From the IMG/VR virus record IMGVR_UViG_3300046163_000090, positions 1 through 64,000 of that record: a stretch of 64,000 nucleotides of DNA; one strand, given 5' to 3'. The DNA comes from a virus. Under the pieces are notes generated by a model. The model saw nothing but the letters and a program-made list of their open reading frames with translations. It did no database searches and was not told the origin of the DNA. The position numbers were made by a program, and so were the translations under genes. Below are positions 1-14,100 of the stretch, one piece after another. Numbering within the stretch: the stretch's first letter is position 1; every line of letters starts with the position of its first letter.

Positions 1-317
1 CATGACTATTGTTACCAATTCCCCATAGCTCTCCGCTTTCTGTTACAAAATATGCAGCACCGTTCCAATGTTGATATTTGAACGACATTTAGTAATGGAT
101 GTCGATCTTTTGTTTCTACCAAGCATAGGCTCTTCATGGCTCCTCATGAGCATGATTGTGACCCAATTGACCCCATTGATTTCCACCAACTCCATAAAGT
201 TTATTGTCGATTGAACTTACAAAATAAAGGTTTTCGTATTCGGTATCACTGTTAAAGTAAGTAGTTGAATCAAAGAGCTTAACGTTATCGTATATTTTTT
301 CTACTGAAGCTGTCGTT
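1..317 (-). pseudogene. Frameshifted continuation of the giant protein (third RCC1-like module); probably sequencing error rather than true decay
   Basis: Aligns to the intact copy at 1592-2150 with four single-base insertions. The ORF 134..376 is one of the shifted frames (NRTTASVEKIYDNVKLFD...GGNQWGQLGHNHAHE). Confidence 0.75.
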
Positions 318-2150
318 CTATTCGAACGAGTAACTCTCATTATTTCTTCGGTATAAAACCCTCTTGCCCATTGCATATAACGAGTTTCCTTTCAGGTAAA
401 ATGCAGAGCTTACGTTTATTCTAATATCATCAGACTCTCCAAGAAAACTGATCATTTGCTGATGGTCGTTGTAATCGATATCTTCTATTCCGAAACGATC
501 CATTCTAGCTAGACCAGCAAAATGTTGCTCTGTATAAATTTTAGTTGAAGATGGAGTAATCTCTGGAGGATGCGGAGTTGATGTTTGTGTCTTTGTTGGT
601 GTTAAGCTTGCTCCATTAGAATGAGTTGTAGTTGCTGATGGAGTTTGAGTAGAAGTGACTTGAGGAGTTTTTGTTGAAGTCGGTGTTTCTGTAATTGTAG
701 GAGTTGAAGTATGAGTAGCGAACTGAGAGAAGGTAGATGTAGTCGAAGGTGTCGCTGTAGGTTCTTGAGTAGCTGGCGGATGACTTGTTCCTCTTTGTAA
801 AACTATTCCATTAAAGAGTCCCTGATACATTTTTGTTATAGCTATGGAATTGTTATCTACCGCAGTACGTCTTGTACTATCCCATTCTACCCGTAAAGCA
901 TACACTGCACTTGTAATAAACCTGTTGTAATAATCAGAGTTATAGGCACGGAGCAACGAGTTGTTCATATTACTGTAATAATCGTCAATTGCTCCTTTCC
1001 ATCCGCACACATAAAATCCTCCATCAACAGTTTCCGTAACCATGTAAGCGGGGTGCCAAAAATTTCCCCATGAACCAGAACTAGCATAATACGTTCCGCC
1101 AAGCCCAGTTTTAGGCATATGTATTTCTTTGTACTGTACACCCGAATATAGTTGTTTCTTAAACGTTGTTTCACCATTGTGATAGTTCAACCAAGTGATG
1201 CTAGAGTTAGTAGAGAAATTCGTAAAATAGCCACACATAAAAGCTGTATTATCATAAGTAACTAAAACTGATTGATAGGCATTACCTGCAACCGACCTAA
1301 CGTTTGCATGACAGAATGTTGGAAACGAAATATACGTCTGATCAGTTGCAACCCCGTTTCCGTTACTATCAGTTTTTAGCGAGGCTTGGGTTTTGCTTAC
1401 AAATAGTTGATTAAGATCATAGCGTCCAGTTCCGTATAAATTTTTATCTCTCGTGATGAAAAACATTCTTTGAAGAAGAGCCTGAACACTCGAAACGTTA
1501 TCTGCAATTTTTTCGGCAAGATATCTGTGAGTATTATCTAATCTTCCTGTGGTTGGGTCTTCGTCGTTTTCGTCTCCCAAGCCCAACTGACCATGACTAT
1601 TGTTACCAATTCCCCATAGCTCTCCGCTTTCTGTTACAAAATATGCAGCACCTTTCCATGTTGATATTTGAACAACATTGAGTAACGGTTTTCGATCTTT
1701 TGTTTCCACAAGCATTGGTTCATCGTGACCCTCATGAGCATGATTGTGACCTAATTGACCCCATTGATTTCCACCAACTCCATAAAGTTTATTGTCGATT
1801 GAACTTACAAAATAAAGGTTTTCGTATTCGATATCACTGTAAAAGTAAGTAGTTGAATCAAAGAGCTTAACGTTATCGTATATTTTTTCTACTGAAGCTG
1901 TCGTTCTATTGAACGAGTAACTCTCATTATTTCTTCGGTATAAAACCCTCTTGCCCATTGCATATAACGAGTTTCCTTTCAGGTAAAATGCAGAGCTTAC
2001 GTTTATTCTAATATCATCAGACTCTCCAAGAAAACTGATCATTTGCTGATGGTCGTTGTAATCGATATCTTCTATTCCGAAACGATCCATTCTAGCTAGA
2101 CCAGCAAAATGTTGCTCTGTATAAATTTGAGTTGAAGATGGAGTAATCTC
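1..2150. repeat. Direct repeat of ~560 bp (1-563 and 1592-2150) encoding an RCC1-like module; a more diverged third copy lies at ~3500-4260
   Basis: Near-identical sequence, e.g. catgactattgttaccaattccccatagctctccgc at 1 and 1592, and gttgaagatggagtaatctc ending at 563 and 2150. The offset changes from 1591 to 1587, matching four insertions. Confidence 0.95.
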
Positions 2151-5100
2151 CATCGAATGGCTCATTGTATTAGATGGTGTAACCGTGGGTGATGCTGTAT
2201 TACTTGGGGTATTAGTTTGTGTAGCCGTTACGCTCGAAGTAATACTTGGCGTTGCGGTTAAGCTTGGGGTGTTAGATGGTGTAGATGTATTACTTGCAGT
2301 GTTAGATGGTGTGGCAGTAAAGCTAGATGTATTTGATGGTGTGGCAGTAAAGCTAGATGTATTTGATGGGGTTGCAGTTGGTGTCGCCGTAAAAGTCGTC
2401 GATGGAGTTTGGGTCATAGGAGTTATAGTTACAGGGGGAGTAACATTAACTCCATTTTCTTCCAATTCAAGAATTATACCATTATTTTGTCCACAAATAA
2501 ATTTTGTCCAATCTGGGAAAGTTGGCAGGCTGTCACCGTCCAAAGTTTTTGAATTTATGTGTTGGACGTGATTAAATCCATTTGTATGTCCATTGTTACC
2601 TAGCTCTCTAACCCCATTCCACCCAAAGTAGCGCATTCCTTCTAGTGAAAAATTACCTTTAGTATTTTGATTAAAAAAGAAAAATCTCTTATCTGTCTCT
2701 GAGTCTTTTGATGCTCGTATTGATTCAACTTGACCAAATATAGGATTATGTATTTGTTGTTCTCCTCTATAAAATTTTATACTTTTAATAGTCAATCCAT
2801 TGTCAGTATTTGCATTAAACCCCCAGTCCCAAGTAGATACAGATTTTACTCTATTTAATACTATTCTAATTTTTTTAATATCAACAGGAGTGTCGCCAAC
2901 ATACATATCAATTTCACGCTTTTCATCTGGAGTAAGATTTAATCCAATTTGACTCGTTTGGTCTGGGTTATGATAAGCATAGAATCCTTCATCAATATTA
3001 AATACAAAATGCCTGTAGTTATAAATTTGCTTCCAATCTCCACCCTCTGACTTATACTGAAAAAATACATCAACATAATCATTATCTGATTGATTAAAAC
3101 GAGTAGAAAAAGATGTTTGATAAAATGTGAAAAAGTGGTCTAAGCTAACTTTCGTTACTCCATATAGGGTTGACCCGAAATCATGAGTAAGTGTAACTTG
3201 ATTTGCAGCTTGACCTTGTCTAAGAAAACTTACATTTCCCTCTCTATATGGTGATGAACCCCCAAATATAATACGATTATCTGTAAACATGTTATGATAC
3301 ACCCCTCTAAATACATGGCTTGTAAGGGTTGTCGATCCAAGCCTTGCCCCTGCATTTCCAAAGTGTGACCACGGGTAATTAATTGTTGATGAGTTATTTT
3401 GTTTATTAAAATCAAATTGATCTATCGTAGAGTTGTAGTATAAAAATCCACAGATGTATACAGCATTAAAATGAGAGACATAAAGACTGGTGTCTTTCAT
3501 TAGCTCGACGCTCCTTACTCCTGAAGCAACTTTAACTGGAACCGATATTGCATCAACTGGATCATTGTCTGAGTTGAATTGATAATATTGTTGCTCAATA
3601 CCAAGTTGATAATATTCATTATCTCCAACCGCCCACAAGCTTTCATCATCTTTAATGAACATAACTCTCTGATGTCCTGCAAAAACCTCAACTACATTAT
3701 CTGCTATTTTTTCAGCTCTATATCTATCATCTGTATCATCCCAAGGTATTGAAGTATTAAGCATAGAGGGGTCCCCCAAGCCCAACTGACCATGACTATT
3801 GTTACCGACCCCCCACAACTCTCCGTTTTCTTTTATAAAATATGCAGCCCCACCATAAGTTGATATTTTTATTACATTTAAAACGTCATCCCCCTCTTTG
3901 TCTTTAACGAGTAGCGGGTCGTTGTGATTAAGTTCGTTATGTCCTAATCCTATTTGCCCATAATGATTACCTCCAAATGCATACAATTTTCCATTTTCAC
4001 TGCTTACAAAATATAAATTTTCATACTCTACATCTTCTCCATCTTCTTGAACTGAATAACTGGTAGAATCAAAAACTTCAACATTGTCAACTATTTTCTC
4101 TACATACGCAAGTTTTTTATTAAAGTCATATTTCTCAAAATGTTCTTGTGTTAGAATTTTTCTTCCAGCCGCATAAAGAGAATTGTTTTTTAAGTAAAAC
4201 GCAGATCTTCTATTAATTGTAATGTGGCTTGACCTTCCTAAGTTCATCAGTATTTCCGTATAATAGTTAATGTCAAATATTTCACTTAACTCTATGCTGA
4301 AAGTTTCAAATTTTTGATCACCAGAACTACGACCATCATACCGCATCCTTACCGCATTAAACGGAGGGTAAGGTCCACTACCAATTATTGTTTGCTTCTG
4401 AGTATTAGCGAGCCCATTCATTATACCCTGCCAAACATTATCTGAAGCTCTCCTTATGTAAAATTTTCTTGAACCTCCAGTATCAAGCCTAATTTGGTAT
4501 GTCCATCTGATCTCATCAATATTACTAACTGCAGAATCAAAATATATGTCCGCTATAGCTGTAAAATAACTTGTTCCATTACTAATGCCTTGTATTCCAA
4601 AAGATCCTGCTTGCGATGAATCAAAAACAGTTGATGCAGACCCAAATAATGATCCTGGTCCAGATTTTGTCGTGCTTAATACAGTAGGAACTGTTAATTG
4701 TTCTGTCGCTTCATTTTCATCTTCATCTTGAGAAAATCCATTAAGAAACCTTTCTCTACTGTATAGTCCAGCAAAATATTTACTATTATAAACTGGAGTG
4801 TGAGACGGAGAAGATTCAATTGGCGATGTTTTAGTTTGAGTAAAACTAATAGTAGGTGTAACAGTTGGGGTATTGGTTTGCGTTACAGTGCTACTAGGAG
4901 TCTCAGTATTACTTGGCGTTGTACTTGGTGTTTCTGTTTGAGTCGGGCTATATGTAGGGCTAGGAGTAGGCTCAATGATAAATACTGGATAAGGGTTTCT
5001 GCCTAAAATTTTAACATGAGTGTTTTGACTTTGTGCTTCATTTAATTCTATCCAAAAGAATTCGTCTCGCTCGCTAGTATGTTCTCCCCCTGGAATTGGT

Positions 5101-8100
5101 AAAGTTTTTATTTCTATTTCTGAATAATCTTGCCCTTGATGAAATGTTAAGGTTCCAGTATTATTTTCTCCGATAATGTAATCATCTAAAGTTGCACTAT
5201 TGTATGACTCGTATGCCTTATAATTAATCGTAAATGCTCCATCATTAGTAAAACTTAAAGAGTCTCTATATACTTTTATCTTTGTGGTTGCCCCTTCCAC
5301 AAGAAATGTATTCTCATACTGAAACCTTATATAAGTTTCGTGAATAGGGGTTTTTGTTTGAGTATTGGTTATTGTATTAGTTGGTGTTTGAGTAAAAGTG
5401 TTTGTTGGGGTAATTGTACTACTTGGCGTTTGTGTTCTAGTAATAGTATTTGTAATCGTATTCGTTGGAGTTATTGTTGGCGTTTGTGTTGGCGTGGGAG
5501 TTTGAGTAATAGGGTCATCATCTGTTATTAAAACCTGATGAGGGTTCTGACCTATAATATTAGCTTCTACTGATATTTTTTCCTTCTCATCAAATACTGG
5601 CACTAAGTCTTCAAGATAAATATTGAAAAATTCTGAATCTTCTCTCAGTAAATCTCCAGTTGTTTGCACTGTTATTATTTTCTGGCTTTCATGACCAGAA
5701 AAGTAAAGCATTCCAGTTTCAGCGACAAAATCCAATCCTGTTTGAGCGCTAAAAGGCTCAGAGTCCATATAATATTTTACATGAAAGTCTCCAGTATAAT
5801 GATATCTTTCATCGTAATTAATCGAGTCATAACTACTTCTTCTAAAAACTGATACGTCAACACTTTGCCCTTCACTAACATAACTTGCCCAGTTCTGAAA
5901 AGACACATTAAGTATTTTATTTGATATTGGACTAATGCTTGGGGTTACTGTAGGTGTTTGTGTCTGTGTTTTGGTCTGTGTTTGTGTTTGGGTTAAAGTT
6001 GGTGTTTGGGTTAAAGTTGATGTTTGTGTTACGGTTTGGGTCTGAGTAGGTGTTTGCGTTTGTGTCTGAGTTTGAGTAATTGTAGAACTTGGAGTCTGAG
6101 TTATTGTCTCAGTAGGGGTCTGAGTAATTGTAGAACTTGGAGTCTGGGTTATTGTCTCACTAGGAGTTTGTGTTTGTGTTATCGTGCTTGTCGGCGTCTG
6201 AGTTTGAGTTATGGTATTACTAGGTGTCTGAGTTTGTGTCTGAGTTTGAGTTCTAGTCTGAGTTTGTGTCTGAGTTTGAGTTCTCGTTTGGGTCTGAGTT
6301 TGTGTGTTAGTCGGTGTTAGGGTTTGTGTTTGGGTAGGGGTTGGAGTTGGCTCAGTAACACATTCTTCAATATTAATTGTATCTAAGTTAAAGTTATTTA
6401 AATAAAGAGCCTGACCTCTTACTATTTTTAAATGACTCAATAATCCATAAAATTTATAATGTTTATTGCCTATAGAATTAATAATTGATCCTATTAATAG
6501 ATTTTCATTTTTGAAATACTGTCCTGTATTTGTTGATATCTTTTTATTTTTAGCTATTCCATTTTCATATATCTCTATGTACTCCCCGTCATTAACGATA
6601 GCAACGCTTTTCCAATCCTCTATATATGTTGTGTTAATAACAGCTTCATATTCTAAAGTTTTTTCCAGTCTCTTATCGTACATGGTGATAAATATAGAAG
6701 ATCTACCATTCAAACTTCTTAAGCCTACTACATAATCCCCAACCGCAAAATCTTTTCCTCCTTCAACATCTTCTGTTATTTTATAAATTAAAATACTTTG
6801 ATTGTGAACATACTCTCTATTCCATTTTGTATGAAACTCAATTGTGAAATCTTGATCGCTAAGTAAATCAAAATTAGCTCTATCAGATTTAATAACTTCA
6901 AGAGAATTAGATTTATTTTCTTTAAATTCCAATGAATTTTCATTAAATATTCCATCTTCATTAACTATTGCTATATCGCCGTCAACTGTAATAATGCTAT
7001 CATTTCCACTTCTATCATAAATAAATGGATCTCTAATAAAAGGTTTAATTAATAATTCTAAATTACTGCAGCTAGCTAACCTTGGCTCAGCCGCACAACT
7101 TCTTTTAAATGATTCAGGTAACTCAAAATTATTTTTATAAACAGCAAAATCTTTTAATATTCTAAATTCCTGCATATAACCTTTTAAGTATTTACCATCA
7201 AATCCTCCTACAATAATATTCTCAGAACTATTTTCAAAAGCTTTTGCCCTAGTAGAGCTGTCGGAATTGACTCCATCTAAATATATTGTTACTTGAGAAT
7301 TAAAACAGCATATCGCAACATGATGCCATGAGTTTATAGCTACCTTATTGCTTGACTTTAATTGAACATCTGAATTTTCAGTATAGTAAATTTTTTCATC
7401 TTGTTTATTAAAATAAATATTCCATACATTCTTAACTTGAGCAATTATTTGATCCTCAATCTCCTCTATATAAATCCAAAAATCAATAGTAAAGTCATTT
7501 CCAATGTCAAATATATCAGAATTATTTATCATTAAATAATCTTGGTGACCTTCAAATCGTAAGCTTGATGCTCCAATTACTCTTTTGAGTGAAGAATGAT
7601 GAACATCGCCAACAACCTTAATTGGATTCCTATATATACTAAAATCCCCAATATCTGTAGATCCATTTGAATGATCTGATTTAATTATTAATTCAGCGCA
7701 AGGCTCATCACATCTTAATGGCAAAAAATTATTTAAGTTAAAATGGCCTAGAGGGTTAACTGATTTACCCATGATATATCTAAAATCTTGAATACTTGCA
7801 TGGGAATAGTTAGAGTCAAACCTGGCTCCTAAGGTAGCATAAAAATTATTAATATATTTATATGAATTGCTGCCTATTTTATTATAATCAACAATCTTTC
7901 TATCTACATAAAGTATAAGTAAAGATGAGTCGTTATAACCTCTTCTAATTAAACCAATATGGTACCATTGATTTTCATTTAAATTTTCAGATTTTATTAT
8001 TAAATTATTTCCATCAACATTGCTTTTAACATGAATACTGCCCTGTTTATCAGAATATATTTCAATAGCATAGCGTTCGGAGGAATGAGTGTTATCGTTT

Positions 8101-11100
8101 TGTATTGATAGTATTGTGTCTACATTATTGTCATTAACATGTGAATGCTTGTTGTACCAAAATTGAAAAGAAAAATCTTTTTCATCTGGATGACTATTAC
8201 TTAAATTCCACTCTTCACTTTTTTCAATAAATAAGAATCCATCTTGACCATTAAAATATACACTTGAGTCTCCAAGTATTGGGTCTACATGATTATCATG
8301 TCGAACCTCTCCATACGGAACAATTATGTGACTTAAAATACCTAAGTCGTCGAAATGATTATTTTTTTCAACTGAGTCGCTTTGTATTTGCAAGTGAGAG
8401 CAATTAGTGACGGGGTTAACGCAATCTATTTCATTCAGCTTAATATCTTCTACAAAAAAAGATCCGCCTAAATTATCTGTATAAATTCCTTCATTTACAA
8501 CAATTCTTAAATCTTGCAAATGACCCTCTAAGTTTACACCTTCTCTAAATCCTCCACCCACATAAAGCTTATGCTCGTTTCCGTTAAAAATATGAAAGTT
8601 TCTTTCTGCATATAAGCCAACCCCGTTGACATATACTACAAAATTGTTCTTGTAATGAGATATTGCTACATGGTAATCTCTATCTGCCTTGATAGAGCAA
8701 GGTATTTCTATGGTTATCTCTTTTCTTTCTACAAAATTTTCTTCGCCGTCAGCTAAATTCCAATTAACACCATCCTTGTCAGGAGTTGTATAACCAAATA
8801 CTCCAGTTGTGTTAATATATAGTTGCCCATTATAAATAGCTCCACCTAGTAAAACTGTAGCCGCCTGCCATACTGGGTATTCAGTTAGATCCTCATCAGA
8901 GCTTGCTAATAATTGAATCTCTTGATCTGAGTATTCTCTATTATATCTTATATATAATTTTCCTTGATATAAATAAACAGTAAAGCTTTCCTGCGAGCCT
9001 TCCGCCTGAGTTTCATCTATAAAATTTAATACCTCAATAGATTGAGTTTCTATTATCTTGTCTATATTAATCCAAAAATCAATACTAAAATCTTTGTTTT
9101 TAAAATTTAACCTTTCACCAATAGTCTCGAGATAACTACTTCCATCAAAATATAAATTATAATTTTCTAAAATGATTTTTTTCTTAGATCTCTCAACTCC
9201 ATGGTTTGTGATATAGTGGTCATCTGAACTATGATCGAACATTCCTCTTATATCTTCGTGACCCCTTAAGTGTAAAATTTTATTTTGACACTGTGGAGTT
9301 TTAACATCAAAAGTACAATTCTTTAATAAAACAGGAGGTCTTACAAAGTCTTTTCTGTATACATTACTTTTTGTAATTTTAATGTCCTGCATATAGCCTT
9401 TAAAGAAATATGCCCCACTAACCCCCATTCTTCTTCCAATAATTAGCGGTTGATTTGAGTTCTTAATAGGGTTATGTAAAATTCCTTGACTAGATATTTG
9501 CCCATCTACAAAACCTCTTATTTTTCTATCTGCCAAAGAAACAGAAAGATGGTACCACTTCTTAGTTTCAAAATCTAAAGGAGTTATATCAATCCAATTA
9601 GTCCAACCATTATCACCTGCTTCGGACCAATAAAATCTAATAGACTCATCTATTGCCAAAATCATCCATGCATAATTTTCAGCATCGCCTACGCTACCAT
9701 GCTCCATCAAGGTAATTCCAGATTCTTCCAGGCCAAGCCTCTCTGTCCTAGTTGGAGTAACAGTTGCTGTGGGTGTTAGTTCGATTGTTACTGATGGGGT
9801 GTTTGTTGAGCTTGTAGTATGGGATGGGGTAGGAGTTGTGGTTGGGGTTGTTTGACCTAAGGTTGTAGTTGGTGTTACAGATTGAGTCGCAGAAGGGGTG
9901 GCTTGTAAATACCTTCTTCCATATTCATTTAATTCAGGAAAATCTTCGTCAAAATTAACCCAAAATTCAATATTAAATATATCATCATTTAAAGAAAAAT
10001 CTTCATTGTCTTCTACAGATAAGAAACTTGACCCATTAAAATAAAAGCTAGAATTGCCTCTAATAACCTCATTATTTACTATCTCAATATTGCCATTATT
10101 TTCTATCTCTCTCTTTTTTGTTGCATCGTATATTTTATTAATATTTATATCGCTTTGAAGATGTAGCTCCGTGAATATACAACTTGCATCAAAAGATTTT
10201 TCTACACAAGGAGTCTCTAGGACCGTCGGCGGATCAAAAGCTTCAACCCCTCCATAATAAGAAAAATTATCAAAGACTCTAAAATCCTGCATATTTCCAC
10301 AAAAATAATCCTGCCCACTCCAACTCTTACCAACATGAAGTATGTCAATACTTGGATCAATTAAAATGCCTGTTTGCTCAACCACTGAAGTTTCTCTAAC
10401 TCCATTAATATACATAGAATTTCTTATATCGTTTTTCGATAAAGCAAAATGATACCATTCGTTTATCTCTCTCTTGGTCGAGCTTTTTAATATTGGGTTA
10501 GTTACGTCTCCATCACTTAATACAAAATAAAAATTCTGATCATCTAACTCTACTTCCTCCCAAACGCCAGCATTTCCACTTGGTGGTTCATTGTTAGATA
10601 TTGCTGTTATTAATTTGTAATAGTGGCCTGTTCCACCTGAGTCCTCCTGATATACATACTCGGAGCTATAGTACTCTCTATTAGGCATCCAAACATTATA
10701 AATTTCACTTATAACTGATAAATTATAAAGGTTTTCGGCTTCAGTAAAATTATTTGTTGACCCATAATCAAAAACAGTTCCTCCATAATAGAAGTAGTCT
10801 TGTTCAGATTCAAGGGTCATGCTATCTCCCTGTCCCTCAGTTCCCTCAGCTGGTTCGTCAACTAGAATCAAGCTACCATCTTCTAATTCAACAAAATCAT
10901 CTTCACTCGGCTCTTCTTCTTCTATGTCTTGTTCAAAATTTTCAGTAATAAAATCTATACCAGTATATAAAGTTACTTTTTTTGAATTTTCATATTTATT
11001 TAATCCTGTAGGTTTTATCCATATATCTATATTAAAATCTTGATCTTTAATACCTAAATCTTCACCAGAAATCATTAAATATTGACCTGATCCGTCAAAA

Positions 11101-14100
11101 GCAAAAGAAGAGTTTCCGTATTGTATATTTTCTGTATCATGAAGCATGCTACCGTAACTATCTACTTCATTGTTTTGAACGGTTGAGTCATAAAAAATAT
11201 CATCACCTTTTTGAGCGTCGCTTTGCAGGTGAACAATTGGGCAATAACTTTCACAATTTGGCTCTATTAACGAAGGCTGAGGAAAATTTCTTTTATCTAA
11301 AGCTTGATTAGACAGCATTCTTATGTCCTGAAAATAAGTTTCTGTATTCAAGAAGCTGGAATTGTGTTTACCTATAAATAAATTTCCATCATAATTATTA
11401 ATTGAAAATGATTTTGATCCAAAAATTTCTCCAGTTTGAATATCTTCCTGTTGAACAGCACAGTGTAGCCCATTAATATACAACTGCCAATCAGAAACTT
11501 TTTTTCTAACTAAAGCTATGTGATACCATGTTTGGTTTGTGAGGGTAAAGGGAGAGAAGAAATTTATTTTTTGAACTGTCTCGTCTAAGCTCTTAACCTC
11601 CCAACTAAACCATCTTGTTTTTCCACTTGGGACTGACTGTTGATGTGGCGCATTCTGCATGCTACCCATGTGTCCCAAAGACCAGTAAGATGTATTGTCT
11701 GAATCTTTTTGTTTTTTGAATATACCGTGATCTTGCTTTGCATCCGTAAAGTTAACCCAACACTCCATCGTGAAGTCTTGAGTTCTATTTACAAAATTAT
11801 GATTTAAATTTTCTCTAGGTACATATCTAGTTATATCTAACCTTCTATGTTGATATCCATATACAGATCTCCAGTAGCTTCTACTGCATGCAATTGTTGA
11901 TTCGCAATTTTGATCTGGATATAAAGCCTTATAATTAGCGTATTTCCATGTTGACCCTTGGTAAAACCAAGCTTGAAGATCAGCTTCTTTATCAGTAAAG
12001 AAATCGCAAGGGCCAATCGCAGGACGCCAATCTGCTTCGTGAGTGGGGAATGAACTTGGATTTACCTCAAAGTCTGTTGACAACTTCAATCTTGATATTC
12101 CGTCCAGTGGCGGCCATATATTAAATGTAAATTTATCAGTAGAACTTAATCCCCTTCCAGCGAAACCAAATCCACTATCGTCGTCAATTAAAACATTTTG
12201 AAAGTCTCCAATGATATTATGATGGTAGGTTTTTCTATGGTCGTAATGATAAGGATATCTAGTTATATGACCTAAATGTTGTGGATTTAAGTTTAATTCA
12301 TATGAAAAATTATATTCATCTTCGTCCCATATTGGATATTCTAAAATTTCTCCATTAGGACCTTCTCCAAAAATAGCAATATAATTTATCTTCTTGTAAC
12401 CCCATTTAAATCCATAATGAGATCTCCAGGCTCCACATGTGTTACCTTGACTATTATATTTTTTATGTATGGATCCTTTTATGTAAACATCGATTTTCGA
12501 TATTTGCATATCTCTAAATTTTTCTTCAAGAGTTTTATCAAACCCATGAACTCCCCTCACATAATCACTTTCTAATACTGTTATAGGATCTGTATTAAAA
12601 AAGTTTGTTGAAAGGTATTCATCTAGCCCAAAGGTTCTAATGGATGAGCTTTCTCCAAAAACATTTCTATTAAAAGAATGAGATGCATTGCCTACTATTT
12701 CCAAATTATAAAAACCCAAATCTGTAAAAAGGCTATCTTCTGTATTAGAAGTGCTTTGAATCAATAACTGCGAGCAAGGATTCTCTCTCTCAAAAGGTAT
12801 TCTACATACGCTAGAAGTTAATTCTTTTGGCGGTATTCTTTTTTCATCTACAGAAGCTCTATAAATAACTAGATCTTGCATATATCCTCTGAATTTATTT
12901 TCGTAATCTCCTCCTGTGTAACCTCCGCCAATTGTAAAATAATACTCTGGATTTATACTAGAGCTTGTGTATTTTCTATATGTTAAATCAGCAATAGAAC
13001 CATTAATAAGCATTCTATATTTATTTTCTCTATATATAATAGTAATATGATTCCACTCTTGAATTGATATAGTTGAATATAAATTATTTGATTTTAATTC
13101 TAGCTTTAATTCTGCATTATCCCAAACCTCAAAACCAAAGTATCCATTTGTGTAATAGAGTTTAATTCCATTTTGATTAATTGTGTTATGCAATATATAA
13201 ACAGGAAAATCAGAAGCATTTATAGTTGAACCACTACTGCCTATTTGATTTCCAGTATCTATCTTATCAATCCAAGCCCATAAAGATATCGTCCAGTTTT
13301 CACTATTTCTATTTAAATATTTAAAATCCTCTTGAGCTTCCATGTAGCTTAATTGATCAAAAGACATAGAAGATCTTCCATAGATAGGCTCTATCTCGGT
13401 TGTATGTAAGGTTTGACCACCTTTAAATAAAACTGGTACATCATTGATGGATAAATCTATAAATGAAGTGATTTGCTCAATATCATCAACCTCTACATCA
13501 CTCTGAAGATGGAATGCAGAGCAAGGAAGAGGTTCAATATAACAATCAGCAAAAAGAAAATCAGAAGGAACCTCAAAAGAATCATTAATCCTATGAGCAT
13601 ACTCAGGGTAAATTGCATCCTGAACAATCCTCATGTCTTGAATATATCCATGGAAATAATTATCTACCTCCTTACCTATTAATAGGTTTAAAAGTGGACT
13701 TTTTGTGGATGTTCTTTCGGCAAGTAAAGTGCCTGAATTGATCATTGTTCCATTTATATACAATGATATGGTATCATAATATTTGACAACAGCTATGTGG
13801 TACCATTTTTTTGTTTCCCAGTTAAAATCTCTATCATCTAAATGAAATGCTCTTCCTGCGGCTGAAGGGCTAAACATATCAAATACTAAAATTCCAGCAC
13901 TTATGAATGCTAATCTGAATCCCGCATGATCATCATCAAATGAATTTACTAATATAGGGTTATTATCTTTTATGCTTGATAAATTAATCCACGTCTCTAT
14001 TGTCCACTTATCTTGAGTGTTATTGTGTATCCAGTTAAATCTTTTTTTAGTATCCTCAAGCTCTAAGTAGTCAAAAGCTCCATCAAATTTTATACTAGAA

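Noticed and set aside
318-320. TAG ending the giant ORF as evidence of stop-codon recoding
   Set aside because: The stop is created by a 1-nt insertion relative to the repeat copy; other multi-kb genes read through normally in the standard code.
1-2150. Duplicated RCC1 module as a DGR template/variable repeat pair
   Set aside because: Differences are not adenine-specific, the repeat is ~560 bp and coding in both copies, and no reverse transcriptase is in the window.
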